A stretch of DNA of 64,000 nucleotides from Nitrospinales bacterium. GTDB lineage: Bacteria; Nitrospinota; Nitrospinia; Nitrospinales; VA-1. The translations under genes and the position numbers were made by a program. Below the pieces are notes generated by a model that searched no databases, was not told the DNA's origin, and worked only from the letters and a program-made list of their open reading frames with translations. Shown here piece after piece: positions 29,175 through 37,972 of this stretch; position 1 is the stretch's first letter, and each line of letters starts with the position of its first letter. The stretch spans positions 864,001 to 928,000 of the forward strand of contig OZ253496.1 in assembly GCA_965262115.1 (NCBI GenBank), given 5' to 3'.

Positions 29175-29807
29175 ATGTCGTTTGTCTACATGAAAATCCT
29201 TGAGTCTCGCCCTGAACGTTACGATATAGGGATGGGTCTTTTGACTCTAGGAACATTGACAAAAATAAAACAGCAGATAGCCGAACATACCCATCCCGGC
29301 GACCACGTTCTCGATTTAGGTTGCGGTACTGGAACTCTCGCGCAAATGTGTATCGAGCGAGGAGCAATAGTGACAGGAGTAGACACCAATAGCGGCATGC
29401 TAGCAGTGGCAAAGAGAAATTCGCCCTCGGCAAACTACCTTAATATTAGCCTTAGCAACCTCGATGAGCATTTAAGGGATGAATCGTTCGATATTATTTT
29501 GAGCACGCTTGCTTTCAGCGAACTGACCCGTGCCGAACGAATTCATGTATTGAAACAGATCAAAAGAATACTGAAAAATGAAGGGAAAGTTCTTATCGGC
29601 GATGAAATAATCCCCGAAAACTTTTTTGCCAAATGCTTTTACTATGCCTTCAGGTTGCCTATGCGGCTTCTTACTTGGATTATGACTCAAACCACAACCA
29701 ATGCCATCTCCAGTTTTGATGATGAAGTTCTTGAAGCAGGCATGCAAATGGTCAATCGTAAACCATTTATGCTGGGCATGTTCATTCTTTTAGAAATTAA
29801 AAAATGA
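29175..29807 (+). CDS. class I SAM-dependent methyltransferase (UbiE-like; corrinoid-protein-associated)
   Basis: VLDLGCGTG, GVD..ML..A, SFDII and LK.EG; ATGA overlap with the next gene. Confidence 0.88.
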   Translation: MSFVYMKILESRPERYDIGMGLLTLGTLTKIKQQIAEHTHPGDHVLDLGCGTGTLAQMCIERGAIVTGVDTNSGMLAVAKRNSPSANYLNISLSNLDEHLRDESFDIILSTLAFSELTRAERIHVLKQIKRILKNEGKVLIGDEIIPENFFAKCFYYAFRLPMRLLTWIMTQTTTNAISSFDDEVLEAGMQMVNRKPFMLGMFILLEIKK

Positions 29808-30673
29808 TTGGCTGGATTAAAGACATATATCAAACCCTTTTTCGGTTTGCCCGATTTCCGTGCGAACCTGAAACAGTGGCTATCGGTAACCCAGACAAAT
29901 CTTCTCCCATTCTCGTCACATGCAATTTTGACTATACGGTCAGGCATCTAAAGGAATATTTGAAAAAAGAAGCTTTAGATTGTTTCCTTTTAGTGGTCAA
30001 TACCCAGGGAACCAATGTCTGGTGTGCAGCCGCCGAAGGTATTTTTACTACCGAAACAGTTCTGGCCCACTTGAAGGTTTACAATGTAGGAGAACTAGTC
30101 AACCACAATCAGTTAATATTGCCGCAATTGTCCGTGGCTGGAGTTAAAAGAAAAGATCTTAAAGAACAAGGCTGGGAAGGCATATACGGCCCAGTTTACT
30201 TTACTGATTTAAAAGAATTTTTAAATAATGGTTTGACCAAGAACAAGGATATGCAGGCTCTCCAGTACGGTTATTGGGAGCGTTTTAAAATGGGCCTCAG
30301 TCATGCAGTTTTCTGTACGCTAGTCTGTATTCTCCCAATTTTTATTTTTGCTTCCGATTGGTGGATACAATCAGTCGCTCTAGTTTGGTATTTCGCTTTC
30401 AGCATGCAACTGGTTGAACATTTTATTCCCCTCGAAAGATTGCTGCATAAAGGTCTAGTGCTTTCCTTGCCAATTTTAGTCCTTGCACTAACTTCTATTT
30501 CCGATCCTGTTTTGAAAATACAGGCAACGTCTGGAATTATTGCCCTGGGAGCCTATATTGGATATGATGCGCAAGGTCATTCACATTTTGGGCAAAACCA
30601 GCAATCCGGTAAAATTTTTGCCAGAATTTTCGGCTTTTTGGTTCTGGTTTATGGAGGAACATTATTGATATGA
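29804..30673 (+). CDS. HgcA-like corrinoid-binding protein (CdhD/CFeSP-like domain plus C-terminal TM helices)
   Basis: GNPDKSSPILVTCNF..T, LVVNTQGTNVWCAAAEG cap helix, LILPQL..GV, GPV, then a hydrophobic C-terminus; no ferredoxin domain. Confidence 0.88.
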   Translation: MIGWIKDIYQTLFRFARFPCEPETVAIGNPDKSSPILVTCNFDYTVRHLKEYLKKEALDCFLLVVNTQGTNVWCAAAEGIFTTETVLAHLKVYNVGELVNHNQLILPQLSVAGVKRKDLKEQGWEGIYGPVYFTDLKEFLNNGLTKNKDMQALQYGYWERFKMGLSHAVFCTLVCILPIFIFASDWWIQSVALVWYFAFSMQLVEHFIPLERLLHKGLVLSLPILVLALTSISDPVLKIQATSGIIALGAYIGYDAQGHSHFGQNQQSGKIFARIFGFLVLVYGGTLLI

Positions 30674-30858
30674 AAAAATATGTAGATTGGGACAAAATAG
30701 AAGAAGATACCGTTTCCGCTGAAGAAGCTTGTGAATGCACGAGAAGCAAATTGCAATCACTGATTGATTTCGTGGTGGAATTATTACCCAAAAAAAAGGA
30801 ATCCTCTTGTTGTGATGAAATGAATCAAGAAGATAAGTGCCGATGCAATGACAGCTGA
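30670..30858 (+). CDS. small acidic Cys-rich protein
   Basis: 62 aa with CEC, CC and CRC; overlaps both neighbours; GGAGG RBS. Confidence 0.6.
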   Translation: MKKYVDWDKIEEDTVSAEEACECTRSKLQSLIDFVVELLPKKKESSCCDEMNQEDKCRCNDS

Positions 30859-31276
30859 CACAACAGGAACAGCAAAAAAGATTGTGACTTCCATTTGCCC
30901 CACCTGTGGTTGTTCTTTAGTTCGGCTGGGAATAGGTTCGGACCGATGGGCACAGACTAATTATGAAGGCAAGGAATATTTCTTTTGTTGCCAAGGCTGC
31001 GCCGACCTGTTTAATGAAGAACCCCCAAGATATCTTCAAGAAACCAAAGATTTGGTGGTGTGTCCGACCTGCTTAGCAGAAAAACCGGTGCAATGGACTG
31101 TGCGTATGGAAATTGCAGGGTGGGAAGCATATTTTTGCCGATGCCCCTACTGCCCGGAAGTATTCCAAAAGGATCCCGATCACTACGTCAAACGTTTACA
31201 GGGTGAGATCCCCTATGATGGCGTGTTCGGTCAAGCTGGATGTTGCTCCTCTGACGAATTCGAGCCGACCAAATAA
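30848..31276 (+). CDS. tandem YHS/TRASH metal-binding domain protein
   Basis: Two repeats CPTC..YFFCCQGC..F..P..Y and CPTC..YFCRCPYC..F..P..Y; C-terminal GCC; 13 Cys. Confidence 0.85.
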   Translation: MTADTTGTAKKIVTSICPTCGCSLVRLGIGSDRWAQTNYEGKEYFFCCQGCADLFNEEPPRYLQETKDLVVCPTCLAEKPVQWTVRMEIAGWEAYFCRCPYCPEVFQKDPDHYVKRLQGEIPYDGVFGQAGCCSSDEFEPTK

Positions 31277-31344
31277 AGAGTTCTGGCGGCTAGTAATATT
31301 CTACCTCCGTCTTCATGAGCCTGCTATGTCCCTTCCCACGCGAG

Positions 31345-31473
31345 TCAGAGGACTTCGGTGAATACCAGGATCATCCAGATGACCAGAACAACATTGAAGA
31401 TCACCCCAACATGAAAAAATATATTGAAGAACCGGCTGTAGGTGAATTTATAGTTTTGGTTTTGCTCAGTCAT
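31345..31473 (-). CDS. 42-aa single-TM microprotein (not in the ORF track)
   Basis: MTEQNQNYKFTYSRFFNIFFHVGVIFNVVLVIWMILVFTEVL; starts 3 nt after the LRR gene stop. Confidence 0.65.
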   Translation of the reverse strand: MTEQNQNYKFTYSRFFNIFFHVGVIFNVVLVIWMILVFTEVL

Positions 31474-31476
31474 GAT

Positions 31477-32289
31477 TCAGTCCATCACCAGAGTGGTTAA
31501 ACGTTTTGCCAGTTCTGATCCTCGAATGATCTTGCGCACAGGGCGTTCTATAAAGTTTAGACTCATATAAAGTCGTTCCAGATTCATAAAAGTTTGCGAC
31601 TCGGCAATCGCCTTACCACCCTCGTCCCGAATCTCATTGCGCCAAATACTCAGGACATTAAGGTTTTTCAGGCTTGCAGATTTCGCCAGGGCAATGGCCC
31701 CCGCATCCCCCATTTTATTCGAGCACAAATACAGTTTTTTCAGATGGGTCAAACACGGGCTTTCTGCAATCGCCTGGATTCCCTCATCGCCGATCCCAGT
31801 GCTGTCGAGATGGAGCGCCTGTAAGCGGGGCAGTTGCTCCGAACAGGCCACGACCCGAGCCCCTTGGGGACCAATCGGGTTGGAGTCCAGAAACAGGACT
31901 TCCAGGTTTTTAAGGTTTTGGGAACCGGCCAGAGCTTCGGCACCCTGGGTTCCGATATTATTAGCTTCCAGCATCAGGCATTTCAGGTTTTTCAATAAAT
32001 CGGCATCCGCCAGAACTTTGGCCTCCTCATCACCGATGATATTGTGATTGAGGTAAAGAGAGGTGAGCCCGGTCAATCCTTTCACACGACTGAGGATTGC
32101 TATGGACTCTCCACAAAGCTGGTTCTGGCTGAGAAAAAGCTGTTCAACCGAAGACAAGTCTTCGACATCACAAAGCAGGCGCAACTCATCCGGCCCGATA
32201 TTTTTATCTTCCAAGTCCAACAGCTTCCCATCCGGGGTCAAGTTTGCCAGAATAATTTGTTCCAATTTAGATTTAATGGCCTCTTGCAA
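31477..32289 (-). CDS. leucine-rich repeat protein (RI/GALA-like)
   Basis: About 28-aa repeats LxxLxLxxNxIGxxGAxALA. Confidence 0.9.
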   Translation of the reverse strand: MQEAIKSKLEQIILANLTPDGKLLDLEDKNIGPDELRLLCDVEDLSSVEQLFLSQNQLCGESIAILSRVKGLTGLTSLYLNHNIIGDEEAKVLADADLLKNLKCLMLEANNIGTQGAEALAGSQNLKNLEVLFLDSNPIGPQGARVVACSEQLPRLQALHLDSTGIGDEGIQAIAESPCLTHLKKLYLCSNKMGDAGAIALAKSASLKNLNVLSIWRNEIRDEGGKAIAESQTFMNLERLYMSLNFIERPVRKIIRGSELAKRLTTLVMD

Positions 32290-32434
32290 CGGGAAATTCC
32301 TCCTGAAATTAGCTTAAGGATTATTTGTTGAGGTTTTGCGTACTTTAAAGGATTTCATTTAAAAGATCAAACACCGGTTCGGCTATAATATTTAATAGAT
32401 CTAACGCAAGAGTGGAATCATCAGGAGAGTTGAC

Positions 32435-33544
32435 ATGATCGTTGGAATTCCGAAAGAAATCAAAACCGATGAGTATCGCGTATCGATGACCCCAGCCGGC
32501 GTTCACGATCTGGTAACCCGGGGCCATCAAGTTTTACTGGGAAATCAGGCAGGAGTTGGTAGCGGCATCAGCAATCAGGATTATCTGGATCAGGGCGCCA
32601 AAATCGTTTCCCATCAGGAAGTATTTTTCCGGTCGGAATTGATCATCAAAGTCAAGGAACCCCTGCCCGAAGAATATGGCCTGCTGCGTGAAGGGCAGAT
32701 CCTTTACACCTATCTGCACCTGGCCCCGGCGCCCGAGCTCACCCAGGCACTGCTGGATCAAAAGATCGTGGGCATCGCTTACGAAACTGTGCAATTGCCC
32801 GATCGCTCCCTGCCTCTTCTCATCCCTATGAGCGAGGTGGCAGGACGCATGGCCGTGCACGAAGGCGCAAAATATCTTGAACGGGAAAATGGTGGACGGG
32901 GCATTCTTCTCGGCGGTGTGCCCGGTGTCGATCCCGGTCATGTGGTGATCATCGGGGGAGGTATTGTCGGTGCCAACGCCGCGAAAATGGCCATTGGCAC
33001 CGGAGCCCAGGTCACCCTGCTCGATATCAGCCTGCAACGTCTGCGTTATCTCGATGATATTCACGGAAGCCGACTCAAAACCCTGATGTCGAACCGGTTC
33101 AATTTACTGGAATCACTGCGCACCGCAGATCTCGTCATCGGAGCTGTGCTCATCCCGGGTGCTAAGGCTCCGCGCCTCATCACCCGTGAAATGCTGACTC
33201 CTATGCAGAAGGGATCGGTCGTGGTCGATGTCGGCATCGATCAGGGAGGCATCCTCGAGACTTCGCGCCCGACAACACATAGTGATCCCATTTTTGAGGT
33301 TGAGGGAGTGATCCATTATTGTGTCGCCAATATGCCGGGAGCCTTGGCCAGAACATCGACCTTCGCGCTCACCAATGCAACCTTCCCTTACGCTCTGGAA
33401 CTTGCCGAAAAAGGCTATCGGAAGGCCCTGAAAGAAGACCCGGCCTTGCAAGCCGGACTCAATGTCTGCCTGGGGACTGTGACCCACCCGGAAGTCGCCA
33501 ATGCACTGGGTAAAGAATTCACTCCACCGGAAAAGTTTTGCTGA
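32435..33544 (+). CDS. ald: alanine dehydrogenase
   Basis: [29 protein letters not shown] and ANMPGA. Confidence 0.95.
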   Translation: MIVGIPKEIKTDEYRVSMTPAGVHDLVTRGHQVLLGNQAGVGSGISNQDYLDQGAKIVSHQEVFFRSELIIKVKEPLPEEYGLLREGQILYTYLHLAPAPELTQALLDQKIVGIAYETVQLPDRSLPLLIPMSEVAGRMAVHEGAKYLERENGGRGILLGGVPGVDPGHVVIIGGGIVGANAAKMAIGTGAQVTLLDISLQRLRYLDDIHGSRLKTLMSNRFNLLESLRTADLVIGAVLIPGAKAPRLITREMLTPMQKGSVVVDVGIDQGGILETSRPTTHSDPIFEVEGVIHYCVANMPGALARTSTFALTNATFPYALELAEKGYRKALKEDPALQAGLNVCLGTVTHPEVANALGKEFTPPEKFC

Positions 33545-33727
33545 CCCCGGCGAGCCGCCGGTGGCAGGTACGATGGCTTTCTCTGGCGAGCAAAGAGTCA
33601 TCTCGGAAAATAAAGCTATGGCCAGTTTCCAGCGGAGGTACTCCGCCCGATAAAATAAACATGAACTTGCAAAAGGTTTCTTATAAGATACGAATCAAAC
33701 GTGATCAAACAGTATGGAGAAACTACA

Positions 33728-34168
33728 ATGAGTGAAGGGGGCCGAGATTCTCATTTCAATGTGAACGTTCGCACTGGCATTGGTTCAAGAGCCACAATGG
33801 CAAATAATGAGGACTCGTTTCTCCGGGCCATGGAAATTCAAGAACGGAAGAGGGCAAAAAAAGAACTGGAAAAACCCAAGGAAATTGTTGAAACCGCGCC
33901 CGAAGAACTTGCTGAAACTGTTGCGGTCCTTGAAGAGGCACCAGTGGCTCAGGAAAAAGTTGTTGAGGTTCCTGCTGAACCTGTAGCAGTTGAAGAAGCC
34001 CCCGTGTCCGCTGAGGAAGAACCGCCTCCTGCTAAAGCTCCCCCTAAACCCTCAGGCGGTGGCGTACCCGGCCCGGCACCCAGAAGCGATTTCACCGCAG
34101 AGGAAAAAGCGGCCATGTTGAAACGGGCCAGGGCTCATGCTGTGGAAGCCCAGGCAAGAAAAAAGTAA
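33728..34168 (+). CDS. low-complexity Glu/Pro/Ala-rich hypothetical protein
   Basis: GGAGA RBS; long disordered acidic linker. Confidence 0.7.
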   Translation: MSEGGRDSHFNVNVRTGIGSRATMANNEDSFLRAMEIQERKRAKKELEKPKEIVETAPEELAETVAVLEEAPVAQEKVVEVPAEPVAVEEAPVSAEEEPPPAKAPPKPSGGGVPGPAPRSDFTAEEKAAMLKRARAHAVEAQARKK

Positions 34169-34255
34169 ACAAGTGAAATTTGAGAAAATGAAATCAAACT
34201 TGATCGGGATTATTCGCGTTTCCATAGTATTATTTCGGCTTAACCCGGGGAAACC

Positions 34256-34384
34256 ATGAAAGAAAAAGGAGAGCCGGAAAAACGGAGAGAAAACCCCATT
34301 TTCACGATTTGGGTCCATACCGGCTATGCGGTCCTGGTCCTTTCCATGGTTGGCTGGATGGTCTATATGGAATTTTTTATGTAG
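34256..34384 (+). CDS. 42-aa single-TM microprotein (not in the ORF track)
   Basis: MKEKGEPEKRRENPIFTIWVHTGYAVLVLSMVGWMVYMEFFM; GGGGA RBS. Confidence 0.6.
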   Translation: MKEKGEPEKRRENPIFTIWVHTGYAVLVLSMVGWMVYMEFFM

Positions 34385-34451
34385 TAGACGCCGCCAGGTT
34401 CCAAGTATTATACAATAACTTCCCCTCTGACAGGGAGAGCTTTGCATAACC

Positions 34452-34488
34452 CGAGATTACCCGTTCGGGGCACGAACGGGTAATCTCG
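34452..34488. repeat. perfect inverted repeat/hairpin
   Basis: CGAGATTACCCGTTCG-GGGCA-CGAACGGGTAATCTCG. Confidence 0.8.
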
Positions 34489-34645
34489 CTTTCTGGTTTA
34501 TTTAGTAAGGGGCTTCGATATCCTTCGGCTCCTCAAGGATGACAACTTCGTGAGTTTTTCAGCACCCTGAACCATCGGCGTTGTTCAATTTCAATTGAAA
34601 ACGGGATTGGCCCCGAACAATAATTTCGTCGGCTGACCACTGCTT

Positions 34646-35245
34646 ATGAAAAAAACACTTATATTCTTACTCTCTTATCTTTCTGTTTTTGTTTTTTTGT
34701 TTTGCGGTTCTTCTCTTGTCTTTGGTGATGACTTACAGGATGGTTTGGATGCGCATAGAGGAAAAGACTATAAAACGGCATACAAGCTATGGTTTCCATT
34801 AGCCGAACAGGGAGATGCTCCCGCGCAATACAGATTGGGTGTGATGTATGAGTTCGGACTAGGAGTTCCGCAAGACTACAGGGAAGCGGTTAAATGGGTT
34901 CGGCTTTCAGTGGAATAGGGAGATGCTTCCGCGCAATACAACTTGGGTGAGATGTATCGCTTCGGACAAGAAGTTTTACAAGACGACAAAGAAGCGGTTA
35001 AATGGTATCGGCTGGCAGCCGAACAGGGATTAGCTCAAGCACAATACAACTTGGGTGTGATGTATAAGACAGGACGAGGAGTTCCGCAAGACTATGCGTC
35101 AGCGCATATGTGGTTCAATCTCGCGGGTTCTAATGGAGACAAAAACGCCATAAAACTTAGAGACCTGGTGGAAGAGCGCATGTCTCCATCTCAAATAGAA
35201 AAAGCGCAGGAAATGGCAAAAAACTGGAAACCATTAAACAAATAA
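34646..35245 (+). pseudogene. exported Sel1-repeat protein interrupted by an in-frame TAG at 34916-34918
   Basis: GAA-TAG-GGA-GAT sits where sister repeats read GAA-CAG-GGA (EQG); the two ORFs are in the same frame. Confidence 0.82.
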
Positions 35246-35326
35246 TCCGTGCGGACTGGTCCTGCCCGTTATCAGTGGAAGAGCCGTTGGCCGCAACCAA
35301 TGAGATCAGCCGGTTTTGGGGCGTTC

Positions 35327-36382
35327 TCAGGAAAATTCAAACCGGCGGATGGACTCCACCATGGCTGAGGCAGAACGGGCGCTGATAAATTTTTGCTGGT
35401 CATAGCCCTTGACCATGTCCCAAGCCTGTTCAGGATACATCTCAATCAGGGGAAGGGCCACGTCATCCAGCATCCATTGCCCGTGGCGGATATCTTCCTG
35501 AATGTGAAGGTCCCAATAGCGGGTGCCCTTGTCACCCATCCCCAGGCGTTCTCCTGCCATTTTGATATTCTGAAAAGCGGCGGGAACAGAAACTTCGGTA
35601 TACAACAAACCGCCGACATAACGTAAAAAGTTTTTCTTACGCTCGGAAAGGAAAAAGCTATGGTTGATGTTGGCCAGCACTTCCCACGGCACAAGATCAA
35701 AATAAGCTTCCGGCCTGGAGTCCATATCGCATTCTTCCAGCATGGTCGCAAAATGAGTGGAATGTTTTCTGGAAAACTTCCCACTGCCATACTCTTCCCA
35801 TAAAATCCGGGTCAGCATCGTCTGCACCTCGTTTCCGACACCTCCCAACATTCGAGAAAGCTGACTGGCTTCCACCAAACCATCCAGGGAAGTGATGGCA
35901 AGCAATCGCTGATATCCGGATTTTGAAATTTCATTGCGGATGATCAATCCATCCGGAGAAGGCTCGGGTTGCAGGTCTTCTCCCACGCGGTCACGGAGGG
36001 CGTCGATGAGATTACCAGAATAGCGCGGGACACTATTACGCTCCTCCCAACCCTGCCATGCATTTTCAATTTTCAAACGCAAAGAAAACAGAAAGCTGGA
36101 ATCTTCATTGGCATAATTTTCCAACTCGTCATACCAAAACAGCTTCAAACGGTTGATGCGATAAAGAATCCTTTGCAAAAACAGGTGGGCCTGGGGGCAT
36201 CCCTCGCCATCATTAAAAGCATCCGACAAGGACGTTTCCAGTTCCGAATTAAAACTTGCGGCCTTCTCAGGATTTTCTGAAATGACCCGATCCAGATCAT
36301 CTAAATGCAACAATCCGACAAACTCCTCCTCCAATTCATGATATGCAAAATCAGTTGAGTCCGTTTGCAAATTAAAATTCAT
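35327..36382 (-). CDS. haem-oxygenase-like diiron oxidase (iron-containing redox enzyme family)
   Basis: EEYG..HSTHF, YTE and H..EDIRH metal-ligand pattern. Confidence 0.8.
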   Translation of the reverse strand: MNFNLQTDSTDFAYHELEEEFVGLLHLDDLDRVISENPEKAASFNSELETSLSDAFNDGEGCPQAHLFLQRILYRINRLKLFWYDELENYANEDSSFLFSLRLKIENAWQGWEERNSVPRYSGNLIDALRDRVGEDLQPEPSPDGLIIRNEISKSGYQRLLAITSLDGLVEASQLSRMLGGVGNEVQTMLTRILWEEYGSGKFSRKHSTHFATMLEECDMDSRPEAYFDLVPWEVLANINHSFFLSERKKNFLRYVGGLLYTEVSVPAAFQNIKMAGERLGMGDKGTRYWDLHIQEDIRHGQWMLDDVALPLIEMYPEQAWDMVKGYDQQKFISARSASAMVESIRRFEFS

Positions 36383-36589
36383 AAGCTTTGGGAATATGAA
36401 GATTAGAATTAGGGTCTGTTTATTCCTCTAAAAACCAGAACCCGAAAAACATCTTTACTGTCGGAAGCTTTGCCTCGCAGTAATCGTCAGAGACGATAAA
36501 TAAAGATGTAAAAAGGAGTTAAGAGACGTACTATAACAAACACCATCAACAAGGTCAAATTCACCAGGCAGGAAGAGGAGCCACCGTTC

Positions 36590-37585
36590 TTGTTTGAAAC
36601 AAAAATACTGAAATCCGGACCGCAATCATTCTCCCCCGAAGAACAGTTTGCCGACACCGTCAACACTGGCCTTTCCCTTGAAAACAAGCGTTTGCCATCA
36701 TGGCTGATCTTTGACAGCGTGGGAAGTGAGATTTTCAAAAAGATAACGGAACTCGCAGGATATCTTCCCGCCGCATGTGAATTTGAAATTATTCGCAACC
36801 ATAAAAACAATATTGCAAAACTTATCACCGGTAACACCTTCAACCTTATAGAACTCGGTTCAGGCGATGGATGCAAGACCCGGATTCTCATTGAGCATTT
36901 GCTGAGTAAGAAATCCAGTTTTCACTATTTCCCCATTGACATTTCCCACGGAGCGGTTACAAATCTGGTTCGGTCATTGGAAGACAACCACTCCGGCGCA
37001 TCCCTGAAGGTCACAGGATTAACCGGAGATTATTTTGAGGGTCTCAAAGCCATTTTCCAGGATGGCCCAACGCAAAACCTGGTCCTCTTTCTCGGAGTCA
37101 CCTTGAATAATATGGATCCGGACACGGCCCAGTCTTTTCTGAAAAATTTATGCAATGCATTGGGGGCGAAGGATTATCTGCTAATCGGGTTTGACCTCAT
37201 GAAAAATCCCAAATTGCTTTATTCTGCCTACAATGATTCCGAAGGACTCTTTGAAAAATTCAACCTGCACCTGCTGGACCGCATTAATCAGGAACTGGGC
37301 GCCGATTTTAACAAAGAGCACTTTGTGCAACAGGGCCAGTTCAATCCCGATACCCGCGCTGTAGAAAGTTATCTTTTCAGCACGCGGGACCAGACCGTGT
37401 ATATCAAGGCTTTAAACAAGAACTTTCACTTCAAAGCCTGGGAAGCGATGCAGACCGAGCAGTCCTTTAAATACACCCTTGAAGAAATAGAACACCTGGC
37501 CGTTAAAAACGGATTTGAAGTCGTGGAGCATTTATTTGACTCCCGAAAATATTTTGTGGATTCAATTTGGAAGGTTGCCCACTAA
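36590..37585 (+). CDS. egtD: EgtD-like L-histidine N-alpha-methyltransferase
   Basis: KRLPS..FD..GS..F..IT, IELGSGDG.KT, AYND..G..FNL..L.RIN.ELGADF and TEQSFKY. Confidence 0.8.
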   Translation: MFETKILKSGPQSFSPEEQFADTVNTGLSLENKRLPSWLIFDSVGSEIFKKITELAGYLPAACEFEIIRNHKNNIAKLITGNTFNLIELGSGDGCKTRILIEHLLSKKSSFHYFPIDISHGAVTNLVRSLEDNHSGASLKVTGLTGDYFEGLKAIFQDGPTQNLVLFLGVTLNNMDPDTAQSFLKNLCNALGAKDYLLIGFDLMKNPKLLYSAYNDSEGLFEKFNLHLLDRINQELGADFNKEHFVQQGQFNPDTRAVESYLFSTRDQTVYIKALNKNFHFKAWEAMQTEQSFKYTLEEIEHLAVKNGFEVVEHLFDSRKYFVDSIWKVAH

Positions 37586-37972
37586 AGCACACTCCGGCAT
37601 GGGCATTTAAAGCTGTTAGGCTTTTATTGAGAGGTGTTAAAAGGATGTCAACGTCAGGCAGCGATTCTTTGCAGGACATCCAGCGTCAGGCAGGTTCGAG
37701 CCACATTTTTTTCCATGGAAAAGTAAATCTCATAGGCTCCCATATTGGAAAAAGCAAGCTCAAAGGATTCTCCTGAAAGAAACTCTGCTACTAAAAGTAT
37801 CTCCCAGGAATAGGAAGATACTTGTAATTTATCAGGTGTTTGTCCTATATTTGGGGTGGCGAGCTGGTCTTGAATCGCAGGAAACGATCCTTTCAAAGGA
37901 AATAGCTGCACAAGCAACAAATTTTATGGGTTATCCGTTGACTTATATTCTCAGTTCCCGGTTTTTTTTCTT

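Noticed and set aside
29804..30673. Calling this gene hgcA and the organism a proven mercury methylator
   Set aside because: The cap helix deviates from canonical and no hgcB is present in the window; sequence alone cannot establish activity
30848..31276. Cys-rich downstream protein as HgcB
   Set aside because: It lacks CxxCxxCxxxC ferredoxin motifs; the pattern is YHS/TRASH
34916..34918. Pyrrolysine or genetic-code reassignment of TAG
   Set aside because: No pyl genes are seen, TAG terminates many intact genes here, and a single C-to-T change explains it
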